The notes under the pieces: generated by a model
Seen by the model: only the letters and a program-made list of their open reading frames with translations
Told to the model about the DNA's origin: nothing
The model's database searches: none
DNA from: a virus
Virus record (IMG/VR): IMGVR_UViG_3300020201_000009
Location: 64,001 to 128,000 of that record
Reading direction: 5' to 3' (one strand)
Length of the DNA stretch: 64,000 bases
Shown here: piece after piece, positions 21,224 through 31,284 of the stretch
Numbering within the stretch: position 1 is the first letter of the stretch
Layout: every line of letters begins with the position of its first letter
Program-made: the position numbers and the translations under genes

Positions 21224-21867
21224 TTGGTTCAGAATTAAGACGTTACGCTATTAACCAGAAGTATAATTGTGCGGATTTAGAAACAGAAGGCTTGAACCTT
21301 TTCTTTTCTAGACCTTGGCAAGTCACTTGGACTCTCTTCAACATTAAACAAAATCTTTCTGAGTCAACGAGATACATTTGGTGGCCAGATTTAAAAGTGT
21401 CAAAAAGGGCGGCGATTGTCACAAGATTCGATTTTAATGCTTATAAGCAAGCAGCCGAAGATCCGAAGAAAGTATTGGAGGAATTTGAAGACAAAGTACA
21501 TGATTCTAATTACGATTTGGTTTCTCATAATTGGCTAGGTTACGATTGCATGATATTGAACGCTTGGAGACGAGGAGTTGGATTAAAACCCCGAAACGAT
21601 TATTATACCAAAGTTTTCGACACGTTAGCTATGGCACGAGCTTATAAAGAAAATATAACGCCCGATGTTTCTTCTTTTGAAGCTTTTCTAGCATTCCAAT
21701 ATAGGATGTTAAATTATAGATATCCGAAATGCCCAAAAACCAGTTTGGGTGTAATATCCAAAGATTTGGGTATCAAAGTTGATTCAGATAAATTACATGA
21801 TTCTTCTGTAGATGCCAATTTAAATGTTGAAGTGTTCCGAGGGCTTATTTGGAAAATGCCAATTTAA
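21220..21867 (+). CDS. DEDDh 3'-5' exonuclease (DnaQ/epsilon-like)
   Basis: DLETEG, HNWLGYD, FDTL and LHDSSVD motifs. Confidence 0.88.
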   Translation: MIGSELRRYAINQKYNCADLETEGLNLFFSRPWQVTWTLFNIKQNLSESTRYIWWPDLKVSKRAAIVTRFDFNAYKQAAEDPKKVLEEFEDKVHDSNYDLVSHNWLGYDCMILNAWRRGVGLKPRNDYYTKVFDTLAMARAYKENITPDVSSFEAFLAFQYRMLNYRYPKCPKTSLGVISKDLGIKVDSDKLHDSSVDANLNVEVFRGLIWKMPI

Positions 21868-21897
21868 CCCAAAGGAAGAACTTTGAGAAATAAAACC

Positions 21898-21926
21898 TTG
21901 ACTAGATTGTCATTTTTTCTTATAAT
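21898..21926 (+). promoter_or_regulatory. consensus sigma70 promoter giving a probably leaderless dnaE mRNA
   Basis: TTGACT-N17-TATAAT with the ATG 6 nt downstream. Confidence 0.8.
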
Positions 21927-21932
21927 CCGCGA

Positions 21933-24551
21933 ATGAGTTTCTTAAAAGAGTGCGAACCTTACGTAATCGAAAATTACGGATATGTGCGTTTGCCCGAAAT
22001 CGTAATTACTTCAGCGCAAAAACAAGATCTTGGATTAGAGGATACTGCGACAAACCGAGAGTTTATCACCGCTTTAGCGCGTCGGGGATTTGGGAAGTAT
22101 GGAAAGAAGATTGATAAAAAGAAATACAAGACCTATGGGGATCGGGTAAAGTATGAATTGGATTTATTGGATGAATTAGGTTTTATCGATTATATTCTTC
22201 TCGTTTGGATGGTTATCCATAAAGCCAGAGAGCTAAACGTTTTTATTGATTACGGAAGAGGCTCCGTAGCCGGTAGTTGCGTTTGTTGGTTATTGGGTAT
22301 TTCTGGCGTTGATCCAATTAAATACGGCCTTTTCTTTGAAAGATTCGTATCTCGTGCTCGTGCGGGAATCAAACTTGTTGATGGGGTTGTTTATTTAAAG
22401 GGCGATCTTTTAGCCGATATTGATGTTAATTTAGGTGATGGTAGATCGGCTATTGTGGAATGGTTGAAAACTGTTTATCCGGGTAAGGTGGCGAATATTT
22501 TAAATCTTTCCACATTTACTACAAAGATTCTATTAAAGGATGTTTATAAGAATCTTGAAGAGGCCGATGAAAGAGAGGCTAGACGTATCGCGGATATGGT
22601 TGAAGTGAAATTTGGTATAGCCCAAACGATTGATGAAGCCTATGCCGCCAATCCAGACTTTAAGCTCTGGTGTGACGATCATAAAGAAGTAGTAGCTATC
22701 TCAAAGGGGCTTTCGGGTCTAGTCAGACAAGCATCGACCCATGCATCTGGTTATCTCGTATCTAATGTAGCCTTATATGATTTAATTCCCCTAGAGTTAA
22801 CGAAAGACGGAGAATGGGTAAGCGGCTTTGATATGAGAGACGCTGCGAACTTTGTCACCAAATTAGACCTACTTTCTCTCACGACAAATGCCGTGATCAA
22901 ACGGGTACTTGAAGCAATTCCTGAGACTATCGATGAAATCAATGAAAAGCTAGAAGATGATCCCTTCATTTATAACATTTTACAAGATCGATATGCTCGT
23001 TATGGCATTTATCAAATTTCGGCGGACACTGGCTATAATGTTACAAGAAAGATTAAGCCAAAGAATGTATTTGAGTTGTCTGACGTAAACGCTATAGCGC
23101 GTCCGGGGGCGCTCGCGTATCTAGACGGTTATGTTGAAAATAACCATCCCTGTGCGCATCCAGCTTTTGAACCCGTGTTAAAAGAATCTCGGAACTATTG
23201 CCTTTATCAAGAACAAATGATGAAGCTTGCCGTCGTTATCGGTTTTACTTTAGACGAAGCTGAAATGTTGAGAAAAATAGTCGGTAAAAAATTAGTCGAT
23301 AAAGTCAAAGAATGGAAAGAAAAGATTTATAATAAAGCTGAGCAAAATGGTTTCGAAAAAGAAATTGGAGATATCTTATGGAAAATTTTGGAAGATTCTG
23401 CAAAATATTCGTTTAATAAATCGCATTCGCTTTCTACATCGTTTTTAACCGCGTTAACGGTTTATTTAAAGTATAAGTATCCAGTTCAATTCTTTTGGAG
23501 TTGTTTGATTTCCGCTAAAGATCTTGCGAGCGCTCACGATGAAATTACCGAGATTCAAAAAGAACTGAGAGATTTTAATATCAAACTTTTGCCGCCCGAT
23601 ATCAGTAAGAACTATCCGGATTTTACAATTGATGGGGCTAATATTCGTTTTGGTCTATCGTCCATCAGGGGCTTAAAAGACAAGAACTTAGATAAAGTAA
23701 TCCTTCTCCGCAAGGAAAATGCGAATAAGTTGGAGTTATTTGAGGCATTACAGACAGCAAACATTCCAATAAATGTAGCTACTGCGCTTATTCTCAGCGG
23801 TTGCTTAAATCAACTAAATATTACTCGCAGTCGTTTACTATTGGAATACGAATTTTATACACTCCTTACTGGGAAAAACGAAACTAATTTGGTCCATACA
23901 GTTGCACCCCATTATAACTTTGATGTTTTGGAAACTGTTAGTCAGATGGTCAAAAATCTTAAGGATGAAAAGGGAAAGCCCCTGATGAAAGAATCTAGAC
24001 TGGAGACGATTAAAAAGAAATATTCTATATACAAAGAAAAATACCAAAGAAATTCGCAATTTGAAAAGTTAGCCTGTTACATTTATGAAAACGAATACCT
24101 CGGTTTCGCGTATTCAGAAAGTTTAAAACAGATTTATTCATCTAAAATTAATGATTTAGAGAGTACCTCAGATCTTCGTAAACTACCAGATAATAGCAAA
24201 GGAAGAGTGGCGGTTCTTATTGTTGATGAAGTAGAAAGAAGAATTTCCAAGAAGGGGTCGCCATATCTTCGGATCAATGGGAAAGATGACATGGGCTCAA
24301 TTACTATAATGATGTTTATGGAGGAAAGAATCGAAGCTATGAATAAGAATAACGGTGGTCCTTTAGATGAAGGTGATATTATTGTATGTCATGTGGACAA
24401 GAAAAGCGGGGACACGTATTGGTCTAACAATATTGTAAGACAAGAAAACCCGATATTACTCAAGAAAAGCCAAGTGGAAAAAATTCAAGAAAAAGAAGAG
24501 AAGAAAAATAAAAAAGATCAATTGGAGAACGCGGTAGACGCCGCAGTTTAA
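21933..24551 (+). CDS. dnaE: DNA polymerase III alpha subunit (family C), lacking PHP
   Basis: GRGSVAGS, LFFERF, DIDVN, HASG, KLDLL, YQEQ, YSFNKSH motifs and C-terminal OB-like region. Confidence 0.96.
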   Translation: MSFLKECEPYVIENYGYVRLPEIVITSAQKQDLGLEDTATNREFITALARRGFGKYGKKIDKKKYKTYGDRVKYELDLLDELGFIDYILLVWMVIHKARELNVFIDYGRGSVAGSCVCWLLGISGVDPIKYGLFFERFVSRARAGIKLVDGVVYLKGDLLADIDVNLGDGRSAIVEWLKTVYPGKVANILNLSTFTTKILLKDVYKNLEEADEREARRIADMVEVKFGIAQTIDEAYAANPDFKLWCDDHKEVVAISKGLSGLVRQASTHASGYLVSNVALYDLIPLELTKDGEWVSGFDMRDAANFVTKLDLLSLTTNAVIKRVLEAIPETIDEINEKLEDDPFIYNILQDRYARYGIYQISADTGYNVTRKIKPKNVFELSDVNAIARPGALAYLDGYVENNHPCAHPAFEPVLKESRNYCLYQEQMMKLAVVIGFTLDEAEMLRKIVGKKLVDKVKEWKEKIYNKAEQNGFEKEIGDILWKILEDSAKYSFNKSHSLSTSFLTALTVYLKYKYPVQFFWSCLISAKDLASAHDEITEIQKELRDFNIKLLPPDISKNYPDFTIDGANIRFGLSSIRGLKDKNLDKVILLRKENANKLELFEALQTANIPINVATALILSGCLNQLNITRSRLLLEYEFYTLLTGKNETNLVHTVAPHYNFDVLETVSQMVKNLKDEKGKPLMKESRLETIKKKYSIYKEKYQRNSQFEKLACYIYENEYLGFAYSESLKQIYSSKINDLESTSDLRKLPDNSKGRVAVLIVDEVERRISKKGSPYLRINGKDDMGSITIMMFMEERIEAMNKNNGGPLDEGDIIVCHVDKKSGDTYWSNNIVRQENPILLKKSQVEKIQEKEEKKNKKDQLENAVDAAV

Positions 24552-25339
24552 TTAATGCAAGCACGAGATGAAATGAAAGAAAAAATTCATAATTATATCG
24601 AGGAAAACGGTTTGGAAATTCTTGGGCATCTGGAGGAGGATGCCAAGGAAGATATTTGCGAGCATTTGCTAATCTTCCCCTCTCAGTATGTTTTTTGGAC
24701 CATACTGAATGGTAGATTTATCGGTTATATGTATAGTTTAGGTCTGGTTAATCGTCTTAGAGCGGAAGGCTTTAACGAAACAGAAATTGCTAACGAAGCG
24801 GTATATATTAAGACGGAAAGCCTAGACCGATTTCTAGAGCTACTTACACCGAATGACATTAAAAATCAACAAAATTAAAATGACACTATTACTAAAAAAA
24901 GTTACACCTCTAGATATTAAAAAGAACGGATTAGCTAGTCTGTTAACTCATAAGTTTATATCCGTTTATGCGGTTTCGGACCCAGCTATTGACGGAGATA
25001 TGACTTTTGGATATTATAAGTCGGTAAACAATATCGTTTATTCGACTAACTTATTTATCACCGCTAGTCTAGCAAAGGATCTTACGGAAGGCTACAAAGT
25101 TTTAACTGACTATTTTACCCCTAAATTTATTTTTAAAAATAATGTCATTAGCCCAATTGTGTATACACAAAAAAATGAAAGTGGTTTTCAAGTAATGGTA
25201 AGATGCAAATATAACTTCCAACCAGAAGACACTGTCGAAGAAAATCTGGCATCTGTTAATTTAGATAAAATTTATAAAAATGGCGACGTTCTTCTAGATA
25301 TTCGCCCAACCTTAGCTTTCCATGTCTTAAAGTCTTAAT

Positions 25340-25984
25340 ATGTACACTATCACCAAAGTCAATTCTAACGTTAAAAAAGAAATGGCAGTGAGTGTTAACG
25401 ATAAGCCAGTCTTAGCGGTCAGTGAATATACTTCCTACAAGCAAGCAGGTAACTACTACCTTTACGGCAGAATCGAAGAAGAGACGATTAAGCCCGTTAT
25501 CGAATGGATTTTCGATGAAAACTATAGAAATAAACACACCCACTTAAATCTTATTATTACATCTCAGGGGGGTGCGGTTATAGACTGCTTTGCTCTACTT
25601 GACGCCATGGAAGGCTCATATATTCCGGTAAATACATTGGGCATGGGTCAAATAGCATCCTGTGGTTTAATTATCTTTTTAGCGGGGCAAAATAGAGTTT
25701 TAACACAAAACACCCAAGTTTTGTCCCATCAATGGTCGGGCGGGAATTACGGAAAGGGGCATGAATTGTTGGCGGGTCGAAAAATTGAAGACTGGCTGAC
25801 AGATAAATTAAATAATTATTATGCAGAAAAGACGGGCCTTTCTCTGAATTTTATCAAGAAAAATCTTTTACCAGAATCAGATGTGTATCTGACTCCAGAA
25901 GAGGCGTTAAAGTATAATATCTGTACGGAAATTCGCGGAAGAAAATGGCAACCAAAAGAACAAAAAAAATCAAAGAGCAAGTAG
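25340..25984 (+). CDS. clpP: ClpP-like serine protease
   Basis: ITSQGG, GQIASCG (Ser), SHQ (His) and DVYLTPEEALKY (Asp). Confidence 0.9.
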   Translation: MYTITKVNSNVKKEMAVSVNDKPVLAVSEYTSYKQAGNYYLYGRIEEETIKPVIEWIFDENYRNKHTHLNLIITSQGGAVIDCFALLDAMEGSYIPVNTLGMGQIASCGLIIFLAGQNRVLTQNTQVLSHQWSGGNYGKGHELLAGRKIEDWLTDKLNNYYAEKTGLSLNFIKKNLLPESDVYLTPEEALKYNICTEIRGRKWQPKEQKKSKSK

Positions 25985-26571
25985 TCGAAGAAAAGAAAAT
26001 TTTGGCTATTATTGGCAGCGCTGGCAGAAATGAAGATTTTAATCACTACACTATTGAAAAATGGAATGAATCAAAAAGAATTCTGTTGAAAGTTGTACAA
26101 GATAATAAATTTAAAACTATTATATCGGGAGGTGCGGCTCATGTTGATCATTTGTCGGTTCAAATGTTTAATAAGGGTTTGGTAGATAAACTTTACTTAG
26201 AACTACCGTGTAATTTCGATGAAAAAAAAGTACAGTATTACGACGAACAAGATTATAACACAATGAATGTCACAAACTATCATCATGAAACATTTTCTCA
26301 AAAATTTAGAATCAATAGCTTAGCCCAAATTAAAGAGGCGATGCGTAATGGAGCGAAATGTACAATCGGACTGGGTTTTTACGACAGAAATGTATCTATT
26401 GCTTCGAAGGCAACTGACTTAATTGCATTTACTTTTGGTAATTTGGATCAAGTTAAAGTTAAGAGTGGTACGGCGCATACGGTATTTTCGTTTTTAAATC
26501 GGCATCCAAATGGGAAAACATGGCATGTTGATTTAAACACGATGCGTATACATGAAGGAATTAGAATTTAA
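25945..26571 (+). CDS. SLOG-superfamily (YspA/DprA-like) protein
   Basis: AIIGSAGR, ISGGAAHVD, RNVSIA...LIAF and SGTAHT motifs. Confidence 0.7.
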   Translation: MATKRTKKIKEQVVEEKKILAIIGSAGRNEDFNHYTIEKWNESKRILLKVVQDNKFKTIISGGAAHVDHLSVQMFNKGLVDKLYLELPCNFDEKKVQYYDEQDYNTMNVTNYHHETFSQKFRINSLAQIKEAMRNGAKCTIGLGFYDRNVSIASKATDLIAFTFGNLDQVKVKSGTAHTVFSFLNRHPNGKTWHVDLNTMRIHEGIRI

Positions 26572-27134
26572 TGAAAAAAACAGTATTTTTAGACTTAGAC
26601 GGAGTAATCGCTAATTGGACGAAGAGGACAGTTGAAAGCACGTTTAAGTTAAACTATGAAGATGTAACAGGGTTCAGTCGCGAAAAGTTTATTCCATTCA
26701 TTACTGATAGAACGGGGTTGACAAAAACAAATATTAACGCTAAAATTTACGAAAATGACTCTGTTGATTTTTGGACTGGAATCGAAAAATATTATTGGGC
26801 CGATGAATTGGTGACATTAGTAAATCGTAATAGCTATCAGTGGTTTTTCCTTACAAAGCCTATGAGGAGTCCCGAGTGTTATTTTGGAAAAGCGCAATGG
26901 ATTAAGAAATACTATCCAGCATTCTTCCATAAGTTAATTATTACCCCCGGAAGTAAAGGTCTATGTGCTAGAAATTTAGACTGTATATTAATTGACGATA
27001 ACCTCAAGAATATTGAGGAATGGGTCGAGGCGGGCGGCGCAAGTTTTCCTTGGTTGGAAGTTAGCAGTAATCCATTGAAATCTTCGGATGTAGTAAAAGA
27101 CCGTATCGAAAAAATTAAAATTATATTATCATGA
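26571..27134 (+). CDS. HAD 5'(3')-deoxyribonucleotidase
   Basis: FLDLDGVIA, GKAQW and ILIDDNLKNIEEWVEAGG motifs. Confidence 0.88.
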   Translation: MKKTVFLDLDGVIANWTKRTVESTFKLNYEDVTGFSREKFIPFITDRTGLTKTNINAKIYENDSVDFWTGIEKYYWADELVTLVNRNSYQWFFLTKPMRSPECYFGKAQWIKKYYPAFFHKLIITPGSKGLCARNLDCILIDDNLKNIEEWVEAGGASFPWLEVSSNPLKSSDVVKDRIEKIKIILS

Positions 27135-27383
27135 GAAGAGTTAAAATCACTAAAATCGCTACTATAAACGTAAACCCGAATGGTATTGATGATGCTTATT
27201 GGGCGATTGGGACGATTGTAGCGGAACCGACTGTGGGTAATCAATTCACGATCTATCGCGAATCAAATATTCATAAGGTCGGTCACGGAGTTTTTAAAAC
27301 CTCTCTAGTTGTCTTCGTAACGCCGACTGAAGATGGAAAAATTTTTATTAAAACAGAAAATGGTGAGTATTCACTAGAAAACC

Positions 27384-27851
27384 ATGCCTAGTAAACTTAT
27401 TCTTTTATCGGGAATGCCGGCTTCGGGTAAAAGTACTTACGCCCTTAAGTTGTCCAAAGAAATTGGTTATGTGATTGAATGTGCTGATACTTGGAGGGGA
27501 ATTCTTTCTTCGACGGGTGACGAGGGAGATCAATCAAAAAACCTAGAAATCTTTTTTTCGATTTTACCAAAACAAATCAAAAAACATTTAAATAATGGAA
27601 ATGGTGTCATCATTGATGTGACGGGTGTGAATAAGAGGACGAGAAAGATTTGGACTAAGTTCGCACAAGATAGCGATACAAACATTGATTGTCATTGGTT
27701 TAGACCAAATATCGATCAATCTCTAGAATGGAATAAAAATAGAAAGAGGCAGGTTCCCGAGGATATCATTGTAAAATATGAATTGAATTATAGAGAGCCC
27801 GGTCTAGAGGAGGGTTTTAAAGAAATTGTAGAGGTTGATTTAAAGAAATAA
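27384..27851 (+). CDS. polynucleotide kinase-like P-loop kinase (AAA_33)
   Basis: GMPASGKST, D..R, VIIDVT and RKRQVPEDII motifs. Confidence 0.85.
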   Translation: MPSKLILLSGMPASGKSTYALKLSKEIGYVIECADTWRGILSSTGDEGDQSKNLEIFFSILPKQIKKHLNNGNGVIIDVTGVNKRTRKIWTKFAQDSDTNIDCHWFRPNIDQSLEWNKNRKRQVPEDIIVKYELNYREPGLEEGFKEIVEVDLKK

Positions 27852-27853
27852 TA

Positions 27854-28702
27854 ATGCCAAGAAAATTACCACAATTAATTACTGTAAAGTCAGACGCTGT
27901 TATTAAAATGTTTTTTGATTTTTATGTCCTAAATGAAATATGGTTTAAACTTGTAGCAAAAGATGTTATCTATGGATATAAAACCGATACAATTATTCCT
28001 TTCAGAAGAGAAAGCGTTTTAAATGAGGCGTTTTTAGAAATTTGTGAAAAATTAAAATTTTTAATGGTTAATAGTTTGGAATGGAGCGTTCGTCGAGAAT
28101 GCAGGCATTTTAACATATATGGCCCCTTGGGAACTCTAATAAGTCGTAAATCATTGAAAAAATTAATGATAAAAGCGATTTCTCATAATGATCAAAAAGA
28201 TATTAAAAAAATTAAAGAAGAAATAAATGCGAGAAAACAACATAATTCTTTTATTAAGAAAAATAAACCTTGGAGTAAATGCTCTCTAGAGGCAATTCGC
28301 GAGGCTTTCATGATGGAAGGGTGGGACTCTGAATTTGGCGGCGTTAAATGGGGAGAAGGTACAAATTATTTAATTAAGTTAAAAGAATCAAAATCAATTA
28401 AAGATGATATTTTTTATATCGATAGAATCTTCGACCTCCAACATAATAACGGATTTATTTTAAATAAGACATGTTTTGAGGCTTTGGAAAATTTATGTTT
28501 GATAGATCTGAATCCAAAAATTAAAACAATCCATAGTCACGTAGATGATTATTGTTTGCTAGATGCCAGATTTGAACTATCTATAGAAATCCTATCTAGT
28601 TTTTGCTCGCCCAAAGTTAAAAAACTTTATCAATCCAATAAACATTTGTTACAAGGTAATTTTGAAAAGTATTATATTGGAGAGAAAATTAATACTAGAT
28701 GA
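27854..28702 (+). CDS. hypothetical phage protein
   Basis: W...FGG..W and IDRIFDLQHNNG motifs; function not known to me. Confidence 0.6.
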   Translation: MPRKLPQLITVKSDAVIKMFFDFYVLNEIWFKLVAKDVIYGYKTDTIIPFRRESVLNEAFLEICEKLKFLMVNSLEWSVRRECRHFNIYGPLGTLISRKSLKKLMIKAISHNDQKDIKKIKEEINARKQHNSFIKKNKPWSKCSLEAIREAFMMEGWDSEFGGVKWGEGTNYLIKLKESKSIKDDIFYIDRIFDLQHNNGFILNKTCFEALENLCLIDLNPKIKTIHSHVDDYCLLDARFELSIEILSSFCSPKVKKLYQSNKHLLQGNFEKYYIGEKINTR

Positions 28703-29072
28703 AACGGGATTAAAAATAGTATTAGAAAAAGATTTTATAAAATACTATAAGTGGTTAGTGGAATCCCATACGTATAAAACAATACAGCTTATTTGCCCTA
28801 AACACGGCGCGCATATTACAATCGTATCGAGCAAATTACATAAAGAGTTTGATAGGATAAAATTAAGTCAGTATAACAATCAGTTAGTCAGTTTTATATA
28901 CAACCCAGAGGATATCAGAGTCGGCGGCAATGATTTTACCAATTATTGGTTGCCAGTTTTGTTTCCTCTTGGAGATCAGATTAAGATAGACCTAGGTATA
29001 GTCGAAAGTGACTTTCTAGGTTTTCATATTACAATAGCAAATAATAAAAATAAAGCAAGGTATAATCAATGA
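28662..29072 (+). CDS. 2H phosphoesterase (Acb1/LigT-like)
   Basis: two HxT motifs, AHITIV and FHITIA, about 70 aa apart. Confidence 0.7.
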   Translation: MKSIILERKLILDETGLKIVLEKDFIKYYKWLVESHTYKTIQLICPKHGAHITIVSSKLHKEFDRIKLSQYNNQLVSFIYNPEDIRVGGNDFTNYWLPVLFPLGDQIKIDLGIVESDFLGFHITIANNKNKARYNQ

Positions 29073-30436
29073 AGTTATCAGTTAAAGCAGAAAATACAAA
29101 TTACGCAGCGGAAATATTCCTACTACCGAAACCATGTAAACACCCAAATGCCGATAAGCTTTCTTTAATTAATTTTAAAGGAAATGTAATCATTACCGGG
29201 ATGAATTCCCGCGAGGGTGATTTATATGTTTACTTTCCTTTGGAAACCGCTATTAATAAAGAATATCTCTCATGGTCTAATTCTTTCAGTCACCCAGAAT
29301 TAAATGCGAACACGAAAGTGCAGGGGTTCTTTAATGACGCTGGGAGAGTGAGGGCGGTAAAGTTGCGATCTCAACCTTCGATGGGTTATATTGTCCCACT
29401 TACCGATTTAATATTATGGTTGGATGCAAAGAAAATTAAATGTTCGGTTGAAGATTTTACGGTTGGTACAGAGTTTGATTATATTGACGAAAAGATTGTT
29501 TTGTGTGAAAAGTATGTCAATATTGAAGCTCTGCGTAAATTAGACAGTCTTACTAGAAATAATTCGAAAAAGGGAAAGGTAAAGAGAACGTCTAAGTTAG
29601 TTGACGATCAATTTAGGTTCCATATTGATACCGAACCTCTCAAGAAAAATATCCACCTTATTAAGCCCGAAGATAATATTACCGTATCGTATAAAATACA
29701 CGGATCTTCAGCTGTCTACGCCCATATTCTAGTCAAACGTAAGCTGTCCACTCTTGATAAAATCGCCCGTTGGTTCGGGGTAAAAGTGGAAGAGACTAAA
29801 TATGACTACGTATATTCAAGTCGCAAAGTTGTAAAAAATGAATATGAAGTGGAAGAAAAGCAAAACCTTCATTATTACGATTCTAATATTTGGAGTCTTA
29901 CTGGAAAAATTGTAAATGATTCTATCAAACCTGGAATTACCTTATATGGAGAATTGGTTGGGCAAACACCATCTGGCAAATGGATTCAAAAGAATTACGA
30001 CTACGGGACATTGCCGAATCAGCAAGAGTTTTATGTATATCGTATTTCAATTACAAATGCCAAAGGAGATGTTTTTGAGTTCACAACAGAACAAGTCATC
30101 TCCTACTGCTCGATGCATGGTCTAAAAATGGTGCCGATTTTCTATCGCGGCAAAGCTAAAGATCTATTCCCAGAACTAAGTATAACAGAACATTGGAATC
30201 AGAATTTCTTAGATGCCTTACTAAAAAAATATACGGAGAAAGATTGTTATATGTGTACTAATAAGGTTCCAGAAGAGGGTATTGTTGTCGCAAAAGACGG
30301 CGTTACATTTACACCTTTTAAACTGAAATCTTTTCGTTTTCTTGAGGCCGAGTCGGTTCAACTGGACTCCGGGGAAATTGATATGGAGAGTGCAGAAAGC
30401 GTTGCGCCCGTAGCTGATCCAGAACCGGCAAAATAA
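29069..30436 (+). CDS. RNA ligase (Rnl2/DRB0094-like, N-terminal OB-like domain)
   Basis: HPNADKL, KIHGS (motif I), YGELVG, EEGIVV and FKLKS motifs. Confidence 0.88.
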   Translation: MKLSVKAENTNYAAEIFLLPKPCKHPNADKLSLINFKGNVIITGMNSREGDLYVYFPLETAINKEYLSWSNSFSHPELNANTKVQGFFNDAGRVRAVKLRSQPSMGYIVPLTDLILWLDAKKIKCSVEDFTVGTEFDYIDEKIVLCEKYVNIEALRKLDSLTRNNSKKGKVKRTSKLVDDQFRFHIDTEPLKKNIHLIKPEDNITVSYKIHGSSAVYAHILVKRKLSTLDKIARWFGVKVEETKYDYVYSSRKVVKNEYEVEEKQNLHYYDSNIWSLTGKIVNDSIKPGITLYGELVGQTPSGKWIQKNYDYGTLPNQQEFYVYRISITNAKGDVFEFTTEQVISYCSMHGLKMVPIFYRGKAKDLFPELSITEHWNQNFLDALLKKYTEKDCYMCTNKVPEEGIVVAKDGVTFTPFKLKSFRFLEAESVQLDSGEIDMESAESVAPVADPEPAK

Positions 30437-30497
30437 CCATTGACGAGGGGGCGAAAAAGTCCCCTTCTAGAAGAGCACCGGAAAAAATTAAAAAAAC

Positions 30498-31049
30498 ATG
30501 AAAACATTCGCGATCATTAGTGGAATAGTATTTACAGGGTTTGTTTTATTTGCAGTCATCCTTGGAATATGGATAATGAGTATGTATAATACCCAGTCCT
30601 CTCTCAAAAATACTTATGAGTCTAAAATTGTTGCCAATAGGGCGGTTTTTGATAATACATACAAAAAGATTGATCAGTCGTCACAGGCGACACAAGCCCA
30701 AAAGAACGCTCTCAAAGAGATCTTTACTAGCTATGCCGAGGGCCGAGCTGGTAATGGTGGTGGAAGTCTTGCTACGTCAGTCAGGGAAGCAATTCCAGCG
30801 GTTGATGTATCGATTTACAAATCATTAATGAATGTAATTATCGGTGCTCGTGACGAATTCACAGCTAACCAAATTCATTTGGTAAGTATCGCCGAACAAT
30901 ATAATAAACATTTAGCGGTACAACCAAGTGGGTTTATTCTTGGCATGTTCGGTTTTACTAAAATCGACGCGAAGATTATCACTTCGACTCGGACGGAAAA
31001 TGTTTATGCAACCGGTAAAGATGACGATGTACAACTACCAATAAGATAA
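30498..31049 (+). CDS. LemA-like membrane-anchored coiled-coil protein
   Basis: N-terminal TM helix; RDEF..NQ...YN...PSGFIL pattern. Confidence 0.65.
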   Translation: MKTFAIISGIVFTGFVLFAVILGIWIMSMYNTQSSLKNTYESKIVANRAVFDNTYKKIDQSSQATQAQKNALKEIFTSYAEGRAGNGGGSLATSVREAIPAVDVSIYKSLMNVIIGARDEFTANQIHLVSIAEQYNKHLAVQPSGFILGMFGFTKIDAKIITSTRTENVYATGKDDDVQLPIR

Positions 31050-31053
31050 TATA

Positions 31054-31284
31054 ATGAACTTAGTTATTATATCCCTGATTTGGATGATTCTTGGAATTCC
31101 CCTTTCCTGTTTCATGATGGCGAATTTAAACATAGAAAAACCCGTCTTCGGAATTCTTGTTGCTTATTTTGCAATCGGACCCCTAGGATGGGCTTTCGGA
31201 ATTGTTAGCGTTATACTTGTATTTTTATTATTAATTTGGCTACTGATGAATAAGCGTAGCCTATGTGAATATTATTGCTACTAA
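31054..31284 (+). CDS. small membrane protein
   Basis: highly hydrophobic ORF. Confidence 0.55.
   Translation: MNLVIISLIWMILGIPLSCFMMANLNIEKPVFGILVAYFAIGPLGWAFGIVSVILVFLLLIWLLMNKRSLCEYYCY

Noticed and set aside
4162-24551. Inteins or introns in nrdA, recA, dnaB, dnaE
   Set aside because: Protein lengths are normal or short, with no intein motifs or interrupted frames.
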